Under the pieces are notes generated by a model. The model did no database searches. It was given only the letters and a program-made list of their open reading frames with translations, and was not told where the DNA came from. Below are positions 62,535 through 64,000 of a stretch of 64,000 nt of DNA, in pieces (position 1 is the stretch's first letter; each line of letters begins with the position of its first letter). The DNA lies in assembly GCA_963718615.1 (NCBI GenBank), contig OY970368.1:4032001-4096000 (forward strand), read 5' to 3'. Position numbers and translations under genes: made by a program. Source of the DNA: an uncultured cyanobacterium (GTDB taxonomy: Bacteria > Cyanobacteriota > Cyanobacteriia > PCC-9006 > JAAUQQ01).

Positions 62535-63941
62535 ATGAGCACAGGCACCCTCTTCGACAAAGTCTGGGACCTCCACACCGTCAGCACCCTCCCCTCCGGC
62601 CAAACCCAACTCTTCATCGGCCTCCACCTCATCCACGAAGTCACCAGTCCCCAAGCCTTCGCCATGCTGCGCGATCGCCACCTCCCCGTCCTCTTCCCCG
62701 AACGCACCGTCGCCACCGTCGATCACATCGTTCCCACCGACAACCAAGCCCGCCCCTTCGCCGATAGCCTCGCCGAAGAAATGATCGCCACCCTCGAACA
62801 AAACTGCCAAGACCACAACATTCGCTTCTACAACATCGGCTCCGGGAGCCAAGGCATCGTCCATGTCATCGCCCCCGAGCAGGGCCTCACCCAACCCGGC
62901 ATGACCATTGCCTGCGGAGACAGCCATACCTCCACCCATGGGGCCTTTGGGGCGATCGCCTTCGGGATCGGCACCAGCCAAGTCCGCGACGTCCTCGCCT
63001 CCCAAACCCTCGCCCTCGCCAAACTCAAAGTCCGCCGCGTCGAAGTCAACGGCAGCCTCCGGCCTGGGGTCTATGCCAAAGATGTGATTTTGCATCTCAT
63101 TCGCAAACTCGGCGTCAAAGGCGGCGTCGGTTACGCCTACGAATTTGCTGGTACAACCTTTGAGCAAATGTCCATGGAAGAGCGCATGACCGTGTGCAAC
63201 ATGGCCATCGAAGGCGGTGCCCGCTGCGGCTACGTCAATCCTGATCAGACCACATACAACTATCTCAAAGACCGCGACTTTGCCCCCCAAGGGGCCGATT
63301 GGGACAAGGCCGTCGCCTGGTGGGAGAGCCTGCGCAGCGATGCCGATGCTGAATACGATGATGTCGTAGTGTTTGAGGCCGCTGCCATTGAACCGACGAT
63401 TACCTGGGGAATTACGCCGGACCAGGGGATTGGCGTCAGCGAGAGCGTACCTAGGCCGGAGAGTTTTGCGGAGAGCGATCGCGTCATCGCCCAGGAAGCC
63501 TACGCCTACATGGACCTCGCCCCCGGCAGCGCCATCAAAGGCACCCCCATCGATGTCTGTTTCATCGGCAGCTGCACCAACGGACGCCTCAGCGATCTGC
63601 GGGAAGCGGCCAAGGTCGCCCAGGGTCGCCAGGTGGCCAACGGCATCAAAGCCTTTGTGGTACCCGGTTCCGAACGGGTCAAGCAAGCCGCCGAAGCAGA
63701 AGGACTCGACAAAATCTTTGAAGCTGCCGGGTTTGAATGGCGGGAAGCGGGCTGCTCCATGTGCCTCGCCATGAACCCAGACAAGTTGCAAGGGCGACAA
63801 ATTAGCGCTTCTTCTTCCAACCGCAACTTTAAGGGTCGTCAAGGATCAGCCTCGGGCCGCACGCTGCTCATGAGCCCTGCCATGGTCGCCGCCGCCGCCA
63901 TTACCGGCCAAGTCACCGATGTCCGCGAATTGTTGTTGTAG
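62535..63941 (+). CDS. leuC: 3-isopropylmalate dehydratase large subunit
   Basis: [42 protein letters not shown]. Confidence 0.98.
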   Translation: MSTGTLFDKVWDLHTVSTLPSGQTQLFIGLHLIHEVTSPQAFAMLRDRHLPVLFPERTVATVDHIVPTDNQARPFADSLAEEMIATLEQNCQDHNIRFYNIGSGSQGIVHVIAPEQGLTQPGMTIACGDSHTSTHGAFGAIAFGIGTSQVRDVLASQTLALAKLKVRRVEVNGSLRPGVYAKDVILHLIRKLGVKGGVGYAYEFAGTTFEQMSMEERMTVCNMAIEGGARCGYVNPDQTTYNYLKDRDFAPQGADWDKAVAWWESLRSDADAEYDDVVVFEAAAIEPTITWGITPDQGIGVSESVPRPESFAESDRVIAQEAYAYMDLAPGSAIKGTPIDVCFIGSCTNGRLSDLREAAKVAQGRQVANGIKAFVVPGSERVKQAAEAEGLDKIFEAAGFEWREAGCSMCLAMNPDKLQGRQISASSSNRNFKGRQGSASGRTLLMSPAMVAAAAITGQVTDVRELLL

Positions 63942-63965
63942 GGACATGGCAATGCCATGTCCCTA
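63939..63965. repeat. REP-like hairpin overlapping the leuC stop
   Basis: TAGGGACATGGCA-A-TGCCATGTCCCTA. Confidence 0.65.
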
Positions 63966-64000
63966 GCCTGAAACGACGGGGAATTGATTGAGTTTTCAGT

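Noticed and set aside
62520-63842. 440-aa minus-strand ORF
   Set aside because: Antisense shadow of leuC caused by codon bias; no recognisable motifs.

Overview
This is a cyanobacterial chromosome segment: the HIP1 octamer GCGATCGC recurs throughout and the genes are typical of cyanobacteria. The left third is mostly housekeeping genes: 5'-truncated rel, selO, mnmE, aspS, yvcK, tsaE, pdhB, secDF and recJ. It also carries a PatN-like gene and a small secreted protein with four tandem PatS/PatX-type (Y/H)RG(T/S)(G/E)R motifs. An apparently intact IS200/IS605 element (tnpA+tnpB, ends inferred at 8094 and 9878) sits inside a decayed hybrid histidine kinase, and a lower-GC hybrid kinase/GGDEF-EAL pair follows. 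From 29.4 to 55.2 kb lies an uninterrupted Mo-nitrogenase cluster: cnfR, then nifT-nifV-nifP divergent from nifB-fdxN-nifSUHDK-nifZ-nifEN(fused)-nifX-nifW-hesAB-fdxH-feoA-fdxB, followed by mop and modA-modBC. Its divergent promoter has mirror-symmetric TGAGTAC boxes. After a REP-like element comes a three-gene minus-strand operon (multi-wHTH RcaD-like protein, P-loop ATPase, and an Fe-S PD-(D/E)XK nuclease fused to a soluble FtsK motor), then a DsrE protein, higBA and leuC. The best candidates for undescribed biology are the multi-RGTGR peptide precursor and the nuclease-FtsK operon. All family assignments come from motif recognition and recall; no database searches were run.
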